Shown: positions 7,442 to 17,457, counted from the first letter of the stretch. The stretch: 64,000 nt of DNA from Eubacteriales bacterium (GCA_045612185.1 JAZKYO010000045.1:18389-82388); one strand, 5' to 3'. The notes: generated by a model from the sequence alone, not told the origin. Numbers and translations: made by a program.

Positions 7442-8845
7442 CTACTCCTTTTCTGCCTCGCCACCTGCGAAGCCATTGAAATCATCAAAGAAGAACTGCG
7501 CGTTCTTAATTGCCTTTACTCCTATTTTTCCGTCGTCTCTGAAGGCGAGGCATATGGACGCATTGCCAACGTAGATATCCTCTGCCCAGACCTTGACGTA
7601 AAGCTTACTTGGTGTCAGCCATTCTCCAACGATGCTGCACTTGTAATTCATATAGCTATCCTTGTCAAACAAGGGTGCGCCCGTGTATTTTTGCGGGAAG
7701 ATTATCTCGGTCTCCCCTTGTGTGGAAAAGGGCAAACAATACTCTTTTCCGCCTATCTTGTAGTAAAGCTCATATGAGCAACCGTCGCCTTCAAGGCGCA
7801 GAGACTCGATTTTAAGCGTACCGTCAGAGATAATGAAATTTTTGTTTTTTATACTCTCGAAGATATTTTCGGTAATCGCCTTGGGTTGCGCTTCGTTGTA
7901 TTTTTCGCAGTCGATTACGGGAAATTCGGGCAAAATAATATCCTCCACGGCATTGAAAATTGCCTCGTAGTGGTTGATATTACCCGCGGTGTCGGAATTG
8001 CAGGCAAACACAAGGTCGCGCCCTGGGAAGGCAATTGCCACCTGACCCCCAAGCCCTCTGAAGGAAAACGCTCCCTCGGGATAGCTCCATATCTGATAGC
8101 CATAGCCGCAGAGAAAGCGGTCGCTGTCGCCGCCGTCGTCGTTGCGCTCAAGAGGTGACACGGCATCCTTGGCGTAGTCTTTAGGGATAAGACTCTTCCC
8201 ATTCCACTCGCCATTTTCCAAAAGCAGATAGGCAATTTTGGCTATGTCGGCCGTGGTTGCCATAAATGCCGAGGGTGCCCAAGCCTCGCCGTCGGGCCCT
8301 GCAAAGCAATAAACGCCGTCGCTAACGCCAATTTCGTCAAACACGGGGCGAAGATATTCCACAAAATCCTTTCCCGTTCTGTGCTTGACGATCGCACCTA
8401 AAACATAGCTTCCCGAGCTATCGTAATTCCACACCGTACCGCAAGGGTGGGTAGGTTGTATTGCGCCAAAGTAGCTTTCAAGCCAATTTGACTCCTTGGG
8501 AGTATACGTGCCCCTTGAATAAACGGTTGTCATTCTTAGCATATGGCGCACGGTCTGCTCTTTGAGCCAAGGGTGAACGCCTGACATATCGAATCTGTCG
8601 GCAAAAATATCGACTATTCTTTCGTCAAGCGACAGTTTCCCCTCTCCCACAAGCCTTCCGATAGCCACGGCTACCACCGATTTGGACACCGAATACATTC
8701 TCGTCTTAGTTTCGGCGGTATAGGGGCGGTTGTATATTTCACCTACTACCTCTTTGCCACTCATAAGCACTGCGCCGTGCAAGCGCACACGATATTTTTT
8801 CATTCTTTCGTTAAATTTTTCAAGCAAGGCGTCAAAATTTGCCAT
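7442..8845 (-). CDS. Beta-lactamase-fold serine hydrolase (class C / esterase-like) with C-terminal extension
   Basis: The S-x-x-K motif is in RMYSVSKSVVAVAIG. Preferred start is MANFDALLEKF (8845), which has an AAGGAGG RBS. Confidence 0.7.
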   Translation of the reverse strand: MANFDALLEKFNERMKKYRVRLHGAVLMSGKEVVGEIYNRPYTAETKTRMYSVSKSVVAVAIGRLVGEGKLSLDERIVDIFADRFDMSGVHPWLKEQTVRHMLRMTTVYSRGTYTPKESNWLESYFGAIQPTHPCGTVWNYDSSGSYVLGAIVKHRTGKDFVEYLRPVFDEIGVSDGVYCFAGPDGEAWAPSAFMATTADIAKIAYLLLENGEWNGKSLIPKDYAKDAVSPLERNDDGGDSDRFLCGYGYQIWSYPEGAFSFRGLGGQVAIAFPGRDLVFACNSDTAGNINHYEAIFNAVEDIILPEFPVIDCEKYNEAQPKAITENIFESIKNKNFIISDGTLKIESLRLEGDGCSYELYYKIGGKEYCLPFSTQGETEIIFPQKYTGAPLFDKDSYMNYKCSIVGEWLTPSKLYVKVWAEDIYVGNASICLAFRDDGKIGVKAIKNAQFFFDDFNGFAGGEAEKE

Positions 8846-9007
8846 AATAGCCTCCTTAACGTCGGTTTGCAATTTTATTGTACCATAGGACTCGGATTTT
8901 TTCTATGTCTAAAACCAACCTCAAATTGTGTTTTTTGTACTTTTTTGAAAATTTTCTATTGAAATTTATCGGGGTATGATATATACTTATATAAAAGAGG
9001 TGAGAGA

Positions 9008-9868
9008 ATGAAGCTTAACGACATCAATCCGTTTATAAGGCAAGCGATCATAAGCAAGCTTCCGTCAAGCATTTATACGGGCAAGAAAATAAAAACGAGA
9101 GATTGCCGTCTTTTTTACATCCTTCACGGAAGCGGCGAGATACTTATTGAAGGTAGGAATTACAACATAAAAGCGGGCTCGGTAATTCTTTTTCAGACGG
9201 GAACAGAATACGTGTGGCAGATAAGCGACATGCGCTACGTTGCGATAAATTTTGATTACACTCAAGAGCATTGTCACATAAAGACCTCGTTTTCGCCTAT
9301 CAGCGCGGACAAGTTTCCAAGCCAAAACTTTTCAAGCAAAATCGACTTTACCGACGCCACCGAATTGAATCGGGAAATTGTGATTTTTGACGGTGCCGCC
9401 TTTGAGTCGAGAATAGTAAATCTTGCGGTTGAGATAAACACCGCCATTGATTTTAAGGACGAGCTTTTGGCCTCGCTTCTCAAATCGGTGATAATAAGCA
9501 TAGTGCGCCAAAAGCGCGAGCAGGAAGCCGTGGGAAACGCCAAGGGTGCAATCGTTGCAAGGCGCATTATAGGCTACATCCAAAAAAATTACAACAAGCC
9601 GTTAAAAAACGAGGATATAGCCGAGTATTTTCACTTTAACGCCTCATACTTAAACAGAATATTCAAGGCGCACACGGGCTTCAGCGTTAAGACCTTTATT
9701 GTGGATTACCGAATAAATCAGGCGATGGAGATGTTAAGAACGCAAAACATCAGCGTAAGTGAGTTGGCGCTTTCCGTGGGATTTCCCGATATTCCCCACT
9801 TTATAAAGACCTTCAAGGCGCACACGGGGCAAACGCCCACCGAATACCGCGCCTCTAACTCGCTTTGA
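9008..9868 (+). CDS. AraC/XylS family transcriptional regulator
   Basis: 286 aa. C-terminal HTH: ...NEDIAEYFHFNASYLNRIFKAHTGFSVKTFIVDYRINQAMEMLRTQNISVSELALSVGFPDIPHFIKTFKAHTGQTPTEYR. Divergent from the 8845..5341 operon. Confidence 0.85.
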   Translation: MKLNDINPFIRQAIISKLPSSIYTGKKIKTRDCRLFYILHGSGEILIEGRNYNIKAGSVILFQTGTEYVWQISDMRYVAINFDYTQEHCHIKTSFSPISADKFPSQNFSSKIDFTDATELNREIVIFDGAAFESRIVNLAVEINTAIDFKDELLASLLKSVIISIVRQKREQEAVGNAKGAIVARRIIGYIQKNYNKPLKNEDIAEYFHFNASYLNRIFKAHTGFSVKTFIVDYRINQAMEMLRTQNISVSELALSVGFPDIPHFIKTFKAHTGQTPTEYRASNSL

Positions 9869-10012
9869 AAAAGGAGCTGTCTCAATAAGATAGCCTAAAA
9901 AAGGAAAAAGCGGATGTTCTTTACCGAAAGGTATTGAGCATCCGCTTGCTTTGTTGTATAATTTAATTACCACAAAAAACCACACACAAAGCAACGAGGT
10001 AATTATACAACA

Positions 10013-10402
10013 ATGAGAGAGAAAAATCAAGTAGTTTTGCCGTTAGATTTAGGGATTTGTATCCCAGAAGGAGATTTTGTATTCAAAGTAGCGGAAATTT
10101 GTGAGAGCTTGGACTACACGGAGCTGTTCAACACGTATTTGCGAGTTTGGAGAAAAGTGAATCCCATCACAATGTTCGAGGTCATTGTTTATGGGTATAT
10201 GAAGCATCTGTATTCAGGGAGAGAAATAGCCGAAGCTTGCAAAACGGATATACGCTTTATGTGGCTCTTAAACGGAGAACCTGCGCCAAGTCACGCAACG
10301 ATCTCAAGATTTGAGGATGAGAGATTAGTTTACGCTTTAAGGTATCTGTCAAGCGGTTTCTGCAAACCTTGCCGCAACGAGTTTTGTCGCGTTTTATATT
10401 GA
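10013..10402 (+). pseudogene. IS1182/IS5-type transposase N-terminal fragment (IS remnant)
   Basis: VLPLDLGICIPEGDFVFKVAEICESLDYTELFNTYLRVWRKVNPITMFEVIVYGYMKHLYSGREIAEACKTDIRFMWLLNGEPAPSHATISRF matches the conserved N-terminal domain of IS1182-family transposases. The ORF then decays and stops at 129 aa, with no DDE domain. Confidence 0.6.
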
Positions 10403-10476
10403 CTTTTTGTCGGACATATGATACTATGATATACTGAACATAAAATTATGTTAAATGATGTGCAAAGGAGAAATTT

Positions 10477-12486
10477 ATGGAAACTTGTTACGCACATTTT
10501 GATAATTCCCGCGGTTTCCTTCTCGTGGGCAATCGAAAAATAGAAAAGAAAATTTGTATTAGCGGCAACCTTTACCGCACTGAATCTGTGAAAGATAAAA
10601 TTCACAACGTGGAATGGTCAGGAGAGGGCTTATGGCAACAAATTCCCGTTTTACGGAATGAGGAATCCGCTGTCATAGAGTTTGACACTCGGGAACGGTA
10701 TGATCGCATAGGAATCAAGCCTCATCTTGAAGCTGTATTGAAATTTGAGGGTGCGCAAGGAAACTTTTGCATGGAGTTTAAGATATTCCCCGAAATATCT
10801 TTTATATACAGTCGTTCTTTGATTATGGCTCGCGCACTTGACAGTCAGACCGACGGCTCCGCGAATAAGGTGGATTGCAGTGGAATCGAAAAGGCTTCGC
10901 CCACAAAAGGCGCGATTTTCTGCAACCTTGATACGTTGGAGTGTATTCCTCTTGGGCGCCGACCCCTTGAGGTGGAAAGCGTTTTGCTTGCCGACAAGAC
11001 CGACGTTAACGACGTTCTGGTTGAAAGGCAGACAACTCCCGTTTATTCGCGTGGAGTTATGGAGAAAAAGGGAAATATTTTTTGCGTTAATGATTATTAC
11101 GGCGGAGATTCTCTTATGCTTGTCAAGCATTCTCCCACACCAAGCTCGGCGTTGAACCGCGTTCATTCCGATCTTATTTTCCGCGGAGACCAATGTGTTC
11201 AGCTGATGGGTAGCGGCGTGGATTACAGCGCGTTGCCCGAGACCGAGGTGCCCTGTTATGCATCAGCTGTAGGAGTGGGGCGCACCGAGGAAATTTGGGA
11301 TGCCTACATGCAATACAGTGACGTATTCGAGGGTACAAATTCGCGTAAATCTCTGTTTATTATGTCCAACACCTGGGGCGACCGCAGTCAGGACGTTCGC
11401 GTATGCGAGGAGTTCATCATGGGCGAGCTTGAGCGCGCGCGTGAGCTTGGGGTCGATATTATGCAAATAGATGACGGTTGGCAAAGCGGTGTCACCGCCA
11501 ATTCGAAGCGCGCCAAGGGCGGAGTCTGGGAAGGGTATTATGCCTACAACGACAATTTCTGGCAATTTGACCCGTCACGTTTCCCACACGGTCTTACCCC
11601 CATTGTTGAAAAGGCTGCCGAATATGGGGTGGAGGTCGGTCTCTGGTTCAGCCCCGATTCTTCCCGCGATTTTGCCAACGTTGAGAGAGATGTGGAAACG
11701 CTGATGAATCTCTACAGACAGTATGGAGTGCGCCATTTCAAGCTTGACGGAATCAAGGTGCGTAACAAGATTTGCGAAACACGCCTCATTTATCTTCTTG
11801 AGCGTGTCAGCGAACTCAGCGGAGGTGAGATTCAGTTTAATCTTGATGTAACCGCCGAGGATCGCTTCGGTTATCTCTACCAACAGCAATACGGTACGCT
11901 GTTTGTGGAAAACCGATATACCGACTGGGGCAACTATTATCCCCACCGCACCTTCAAAAACCTGTGGGATTTGGCAGGCGTTATTCCTGCCCGCCGTCTC
12001 CAAATGGAGCTTCTCAACGTTCGCCGCAATCGGGATAAATATGAGGGAATGCCTTTTGCTCCCGACACATACAGTATGGACTATCTTTTTGCTTCGGTTA
12101 TGGTAGCCAATCCGCTTGTGTGGGCAGAGCTGTCGGGGCTTTCGGACGAAGATGCCGCCCTTCTTGGCCGCATTATTGCAATTTATAATCCCTATCAGTC
12201 GGAGCTGTATTCATGCCGTGTGTTCCCTGTGGGAGAACGCCCAAATGGAATGCGTTTCAGCGGATTTCAGTGCGTTTCACGTGATGGACAAAGCGGGCAT
12301 ATCCTCCTGTTCAGGGAGACAACTGCCGCGGATTCGTATACCTTTGAGCTTCCTCGCACTATTTCCTATGACTCAATTGAAACAGTCTATCAAAGCGCTG
12401 AGGTAGATGTTGAGGTCGGCGAAAAAGAGGTAAAGGCTATATTCTCTAAGCCAAGATCTTTTGTCTGGTTGAAGTATTCTATGTAA
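10477..12486 (+). CDS. Clan GH-D alpha-galactosidase-like glycoside hydrolase (GH36/GH27-like)
   Basis: 669 aa. IMSNTWGDRSQDV...LGVDIMQIDDGWQSG...HFKLDGIKV resembles the N-[ST]-W ... DDGW ... K-x-D catalytic-barrel motifs of GH36/GH27. AAAGGAG RBS. Confidence 0.55.
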   Translation: METCYAHFDNSRGFLLVGNRKIEKKICISGNLYRTESVKDKIHNVEWSGEGLWQQIPVLRNEESAVIEFDTRERYDRIGIKPHLEAVLKFEGAQGNFCMEFKIFPEISFIYSRSLIMARALDSQTDGSANKVDCSGIEKASPTKGAIFCNLDTLECIPLGRRPLEVESVLLADKTDVNDVLVERQTTPVYSRGVMEKKGNIFCVNDYYGGDSLMLVKHSPTPSSALNRVHSDLIFRGDQCVQLMGSGVDYSALPETEVPCYASAVGVGRTEEIWDAYMQYSDVFEGTNSRKSLFIMSNTWGDRSQDVRVCEEFIMGELERARELGVDIMQIDDGWQSGVTANSKRAKGGVWEGYYAYNDNFWQFDPSRFPHGLTPIVEKAAEYGVEVGLWFSPDSSRDFANVERDVETLMNLYRQYGVRHFKLDGIKVRNKICETRLIYLLERVSELSGGEIQFNLDVTAEDRFGYLYQQQYGTLFVENRYTDWGNYYPHRTFKNLWDLAGVIPARRLQMELLNVRRNRDKYEGMPFAPDTYSMDYLFASVMVANPLVWAELSGLSDEDAALLGRIIAIYNPYQSELYSCRVFPVGERPNGMRFSGFQCVSRDGQSGHILLFRETTAADSYTFELPRTISYDSIETVYQSAEVDVEVGEKEVKAIFSKPRSFVWLKYSM

Positions 12487-12489
12487 TCA

Positions 12490-12740
12490 CGGCTTGTCAG
12501 AAAACAGATACTTCAAGGTGTAAGCAGCTGCCGGTGCGGCTGGTCGCTTGCGACCTTGTGAGCGAAGCGGGCATAAGGCTTCGCCCCTTACGCACCAAGG
12601 CTTGTGCGAACATAGCAGGACGCAATACGACAGACGGTGTCTAAACAACACCGCCTGTCTTTTTTATGCCTTATTTTACTCAAAATAGCCCAATTTATGG
12701 AACTTTTATGGTGATTTCCATTTCTTAAAAACGTGAAGCG
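12490..12740 (+). repeat. Modular intergenic repeat, copy C (S double hairpin 12533-12596, terminator form 1, M)
   Basis: Terminator stem 12629-12640/12648-12659 plus T-run. Module S is identical to copy B except for two loop bases. Confidence 0.8.
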
Positions 12741-12770
12741 GAAGTGTTTAAGGGAATATAGTTTGGGAGT

Positions 12771-13514
12771 CTACCTCCATTTTGAAGGTGAGATGCCGCA
12801 AATTTGCTTGAATATTTTGCTGAAATAATACACATCTGAAAAGCCGCAGCGTGCAGCTACCTCGGTTACTGTAAGACTGCGGGTTTCCAACAGGGATTTG
12901 GCATGCTCAATTCGTCTCAGAATAATATATCGGTTGGGTGGGGTTCCGAATTTGCCCTTGAAAAGATCGTTGAAGCGCCGTGCGGAAATACCGCTTTGCG
13001 CGACCGCCTCTGCGAGGCAGTCAGCATTATTGAAATTTGTATCTATATAGCTTTTGGCGGTTGATATCCTCGCGTCCCTTGGAAAGTAGGCTTTGTGCCT
13101 CGCTTGTGAAATAGTGTCTAAAAGCTTGTATAGCGTTGATAAAAGAGCAAGCTCACCTTTTTCGGAATCGTTTTTTTGAAGCTCTGCCTTCTTTAGCAAT
13201 GTTACAAATTCCTCGGGATTTTCTATTGAGACGCAAAAGCTTTCGGTTTCGATGTCCTCGTACGTTGTAAAATGAACGGAGAAGGAATCTCCCGCTTCAT
13301 ATGCCTCTACCTCGTAGTCATCCTTTTGATTGAAAAAATAGACTTTGTTTCTTGATAATACAAAATCCTGATATCCGAAGTTGTGGTACGCAGAGCCGTC
13401 CAGCATAATTCCGACAAAGTGATTGCTTCTGTTTTTGGCACTCCATTTTTTGACGTTGGGCTTGTAACGGATAATTGAGTTGACTTCCTTAATTCGTATG
13501 TTTTCAAAGGTCAT
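12771..13514 (-). CDS. AraC/XylS family transcriptional regulator
   Basis: 247 aa. C-terminus: ...CLAEAVAQSGISARRFNDLFKGKFGTPPNRYIILRRIEHAKSLLETRSLTVTEVAARCGFSDVYYFSKIFKQICGISPSKW. Confidence 0.85.
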   Translation of the reverse strand: MTFENIRIKEVNSIIRYKPNVKKWSAKNRSNHFVGIMLDGSAYHNFGYQDFVLSRNKVYFFNQKDDYEVEAYEAGDSFSVHFTTYEDIETESFCVSIENPEEFVTLLKKAELQKNDSEKGELALLSTLYKLLDTISQARHKAYFPRDARISTAKSYIDTNFNNADCLAEAVAQSGISARRFNDLFKGKFGTPPNRYIILRRIEHAKSLLETRSLTVTEVAARCGFSDVYYFSKIFKQICGISPSKWR

Positions 13515-13656
13515 AATTTTTACCTCCCGAAGCTTTTTTTAGTGTATCACATTTTTTAAAATTTGTAAATATAAATTTCCGTATTTTACAAATTTCTTTA
13601 TTCTGCATTGTAAAGTAACGCGATGAATGATATACTGAAAAAAACAGGAGGTGCCT

Positions 13657-15900
13657 ATGTTTGAAATTTTAAGAGATGAATTGCATGATTTTTATTTTCA
13701 CGGTGATGCGGAGAGAGCCAAGGGTTTTTCGGATAAATGCTTTGCTATTATGAATGAGCGAGTATCCGACGGTATGAGCGTGACCGAGCAAAAGTTACTT
13801 CAATACGACGTAATAGTTGAACAATTTGAGCCTACGCTATTCCGCCACACTCCGTATTTTTACGAAACAGGGGTTTTGACCTCTCTTTCTGACGGCGCGC
13901 GGTGGGCGAAGGGACATTCATTTACGCAGGCAAACGGATGGGTCTATAAAAGAAATCAGCATTTGTTTTCCAAGCAGGATGAGGAACTTTATAAGCTGAA
14001 AACGGCACAGGTGTCGGAAAAGCTCTATCTCGTTTGCGGGCCTTATAATGACACGTCTCAGCATTTCAACTTTAATAACCGTCCGTTTTTACAGATGGGT
14101 GCTGTCGGTATATATGAGCGGGCAAAGTCAGAACTTGCAAACGCAAAAAATGATGATGAGAGGGAATTCCTTAATGCGGTTTGCCACGGTATGATCGCTC
14201 TTCGCCGAATGGCTGAGCGATTTGCACAAAAGGCTACTCAAATGCTTTCGGCAGAGAAGGAAGAAGCAGTACGAAAAAATCTTGAGCTGATTGCAAAGAC
14301 CGCCGCACGCGTGCCGTGGAATGCCCCTGAGACTTTTTATGAGGCATTGGCGACTCTCGCGTTTCTCCGTACAGCAATAGGAACACTTGAGGGAGTCGGT
14401 CCCAATACATTCGGTAGGATAGACAAGGATCTGATATCCTTTTACCGCTCAGATATTGAAAAAAACATTATCACCCCCGATGAGGCATATGCGTTGATCT
14501 GTCAATTTTTGCTTATTTGGGACTGTCATTATGACCACGATATGCTGATGGAGGGTTATGCCGATCACGAGCTGGAAAACACCTACACTTTGGGCGGCTG
14601 TGACGACGAAGGCGCTCCGCTTTGCAATGAGCTTACTCTGATGTTTCTGCGTGCCACACGTGAAGAGAATATCATTTTCCCAAAAATAAAATGTCGATTC
14701 TCAAAAAATTCTCCAAAGGAATATTTTGATGAGATGAATATTGCTATCACCGGCGGAACAAGCACGGTGCTACTTCAAAATGACGATGCAACCATTCCTG
14801 CCTTGGTGCGTGCGGGCAGACCTATCGAAGAAGCTCGTGATTATTACGTATCGGGATGTTGGGGCATCGTTACAGCGCAGGAAAAATACGACCACGGAAG
14901 CTATACCAATCTGTTAAAGCCCTTTGAGTTTTCTTTGCACCGTCTTGACGACAAAATGAAGAATGTGGGGATTCGGTTCGAATGTTTTGACGGTTGCGAA
15001 AGCTTTGAAGAGCTTTACAAAAAGACGCTTTCCAATTGCGATAAGCTGTTGTCCGCTAAGCTTGACGTTCTTCGGCGCGGCGGTCAAATTTTTCACAAGG
15101 TAGACCGTTTTCCCATATTTTCCTCTACTCTCGAAGATTGTCTTGAAAACCGTAAGGATTTTACTATGGGCGGCGCAAGGTACAATGACGATTACCACCT
15201 GATGTTCGGACTTCCCAATATTGTGGATTCTTTGCTCGCAATCAGGGAATTGGTCTGGGAACAGAAGAAATATACGCTTGACGAGATATTGACCGCCGTG
15301 CGTACCAACTGGGTAGGATATGAGAATATACGCCTTGATGCGGTGCGCTGTCACGGTTGGGGGGATGGAAGCGAAGCCTCAACAGCGCTCGCCAACCGCT
15401 TTAATAACGACCTGTTTGCAATATGCCAAAAGTATAAGGGGACATATGGCGGCAAGGTACATATGGGACACTTGACTTATACGGAAATTCGTTTTTGGGG
15501 TGAGAAAACGCTGTCAACACCCGACGGACGAAAAAACGGTGAATACTTTGCGCAAGGGCTTACCCCCTCCCGACTTAAACGAATTCCTTGCGTTACCGAC
15601 GTAATAAACAGTATGGCGGCTTTGGATCCGTCTGCAATGGCGGCAGGCTCGGTGGTGAATGTTATTTTACCAAGCCGTATTCCGCTAGAGCAATGCGGTG
15701 CGTTTCTTCGCGCGGTCGCAAGGAGTGCGGTGCAATCGCATCAGCTCAACTGCACCAGCCGCGAGGAGCTTCTTGATGCGCAAAAGCACCCCGAAAAATA
15801 TCCCAATCTTATTGTACGTGTAACGGGTTTCTCGGCAAAATTCACCAGCCTGTCAAAGGAGTGGCAGGATGAGGTGATTTCGAGAAACTTTTATGTGTAA
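13657..15900 (+). CDS. Glycyl radical enzyme, PFL2/dehydratase-like family (GRE-1)
   Basis: The C-terminal glycyl-radical motif is NLIVRVTGFSAKFTSL, with TPDGRKNG upstream and a candidate Cys loop YYVSGCWGIV. Preferred start is ATG 13657 (AGGAGG 5 nt upstream) rather than the tracked GTG 13651. Confidence 0.8.
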   Translation: MFEILRDELHDFYFHGDAERAKGFSDKCFAIMNERVSDGMSVTEQKLLQYDVIVEQFEPTLFRHTPYFYETGVLTSLSDGARWAKGHSFTQANGWVYKRNQHLFSKQDEELYKLKTAQVSEKLYLVCGPYNDTSQHFNFNNRPFLQMGAVGIYERAKSELANAKNDDEREFLNAVCHGMIALRRMAERFAQKATQMLSAEKEEAVRKNLELIAKTAARVPWNAPETFYEALATLAFLRTAIGTLEGVGPNTFGRIDKDLISFYRSDIEKNIITPDEAYALICQFLLIWDCHYDHDMLMEGYADHELENTYTLGGCDDEGAPLCNELTLMFLRATREENIIFPKIKCRFSKNSPKEYFDEMNIAITGGTSTVLLQNDDATIPALVRAGRPIEEARDYYVSGCWGIVTAQEKYDHGSYTNLLKPFEFSLHRLDDKMKNVGIRFECFDGCESFEELYKKTLSNCDKLLSAKLDVLRRGGQIFHKVDRFPIFSSTLEDCLENRKDFTMGGARYNDDYHLMFGLPNIVDSLLAIRELVWEQKKYTLDEILTAVRTNWVGYENIRLDAVRCHGWGDGSEASTALANRFNNDLFAICQKYKGTYGGKVHMGHLTYTEIRFWGEKTLSTPDGRKNGEYFAQGLTPSRLKRIPCVTDVINSMAALDPSAMAAGSVVNVILPSRIPLEQCGAFLRAVARSAVQSHQLNCTSREELLDAQKHPEKYPNLIVRVTGFSAKFTSLSKEWQDEVISRNFYV

Positions 15901-15912
15901 AGAAATTCAAGG

Positions 15913-16180
15913 AGAATACCGTATGAAGCAACTTAGAGAACTTAAATTTGAGGAGCTTACGGTAAAACAGAAGCTGGGCTTAGTAAACACTGTGGTTTTG
16001 AGTGCTGATTACAGTGATGAAACCGAGGAATACGCTGTGAAGAAAATTCGCGACCATGCCGTTGGCGCGGTGTGGATACAATGGTCTCCTTTCAAAAAAG
16101 ATGCTGGATATCGCGAGAAATTTGGGATTTGAGGGATTTTTCATCACCGACGATCTGGGGATGATGGGAATTTGGTTTAA
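15913..16180 (+). pseudogene. GH3 (NagZ/beta-glucosidase-like) gene remnant
   Basis: The 70-aa ORF MKQLRELKFEELTVKQKLGLVNTVVL...GAVWIQW resembles a GH3 N-terminus. After a stop, another frame reads GFFITDDLGMMG (the GH3 S/T-D-D-L-x-M nucleophile region). The roughly 150 aa normally between these segments are missing. Confidence 0.4.
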
Positions 16181-16445
16181 TTTGTTTTTATCCACATTTT
16201 TAACAAAAAAGTCTTGATATTTAAAACGGTTTATTATAAGGAAATATCATTTTTCCTTGAAGGTGACGCCGATTCTGTACGCAGACTTAATTTCACATCA
16301 AGAGAAGACGGTACCTCTACACCCGCGCTCGTTCTTGGTACAGATGGGGCAACCTTTTCCACGTATCTTAATTATACCGATGTAAACCCCTGGGAAGTTG
16401 CTATGGAGTACGTTTCCACATGGCTTCACAGATGGGAGATCATCA

Positions 16446-16585
16446 AGCAGGGCGCAATACGACAGACGGTGTCTAAACAACACCGCCTGTCTTTTTTCTG
16501 TCCTCAAGCCGCATTTCAGGCTCAAAATTTCCAAATTTGTGGAACTTTTATGGAACTTTCCACACCCCTATTATATCAAAAAAGA
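16446..16585 (+). repeat. Modular intergenic repeat, copy D (terminator form 1, M, start of Z)
   Basis: Terminator stem starts at 16461, T-run at 16492-16497. GTGGAACTTTTATGGAACTTTCCAC is identical to copy B. Confidence 0.8.
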
Positions 16586-16668
16586 ATATTCTAACGAAGG
16601 GGGCGGATCTCTTTATGCTTTCGCTGAAAACGCGTGTTCTGATGACATGTGATGATGAATCCAATGTC

Positions 16669-17457
16669 TCACCGTGAAAGCGGCGGTTCATAGCCAAGCC
16701 GTCGTTTGATTTCTCTCGTGCCGATTTTCAGCGTGGTGATCAACGTGGACTCAATTTCCTCAGGGAGCGGTTCGTTTTTTGCGGATACTTTCCATGCAAT
16801 ACCGAGGGCTCCCACACAGCTCTTTCCGCGAAACAAAGGGCTGGCAAAAGCGACGGTTTGATGGATGACAAGGCCATCCTTGATTCCTGTTGACACAATG
16901 GGTTGTCTGCGAATGAAAGCGAGTTGCTTGAGCAGAGAGTCAAAATCGGTGACTTGAGACCAGTGTTCAGGATTGGGGGGACCGTGTCTTTCGTATATTT
17001 CTTTGATTTCATTTTGTGGCATATGCGAAAGGAGTACGCGACCGGTGGCGGTGCGGTAGATATCATCGAGGAGGATTCGGGAATGTTCGGACAGGAGCTG
17101 TTGCTCAGTGTCCGCATAGTCGATGATAAATTTTTGTCCGCTTTGAATTACCGAAAGAATTACCGTGGCGTGGCTGTTCTGTTCCATCCAGCGTATGACG
17201 GGTCGGCAAAGAGCGATCAGCTCTTCTTCATAGCGTTTGAGGCGGGTCAGACAGTAGATTGCGGGTCCGAGAAGGTAACCTTTGGTTTGTGAGACACGAA
17301 TCACATAGCCGTCATGGCAGAGTGTCTCCAGAATATGGGAGCAGGTGGGCTTCGGATACCCGGTTTTTTGCGCTATCTCCATTAGTGGCATAGGTTGTGA
17401 GGGGGTGTCGGACAGCAGAGAAAGAATTTGCATGGCTTTTTGGACGGAATGGATCAT
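16669..17457 (-). CDS. IclR family transcriptional regulator
   Basis: 262 aa. N-terminal winged HTH (SVQKAMQILSLLSD...MPLMEIAQKTGYPKPTCSHILETL) plus a C-terminal IclR effector domain. AAAGGAGG RBS. Confidence 0.8.
   Translation of the reverse strand: MIHSVQKAMQILSLLSDTPSQPMPLMEIAQKTGYPKPTCSHILETLCHDGYVIRVSQTKGYLLGPAIYCLTRLKRYEEELIALCRPVIRWMEQNSHATVILSVIQSGQKFIIDYADTEQQLLSEHSRILLDDIYRTATGRVLLSHMPQNEIKEIYERHGPPNPEHWSQVTDFDSLLKQLAFIRRQPIVSTGIKDGLVIHQTVAFASPLFRGKSCVGALGIAWKVSAKNEPLPEEIESTLITTLKIGTREIKRRLGYEPPLSR

Noticed and set aside
16214-16594. 126-aa ORF between the GH3 remnant and the IclR gene
   Set aside because: It has a TTG-type start with no RBS. The second half is repeat copy D, including its terminator hairpin, and I recognise no family motif. 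It is probably residual sequence of the decayed GH3 locus.
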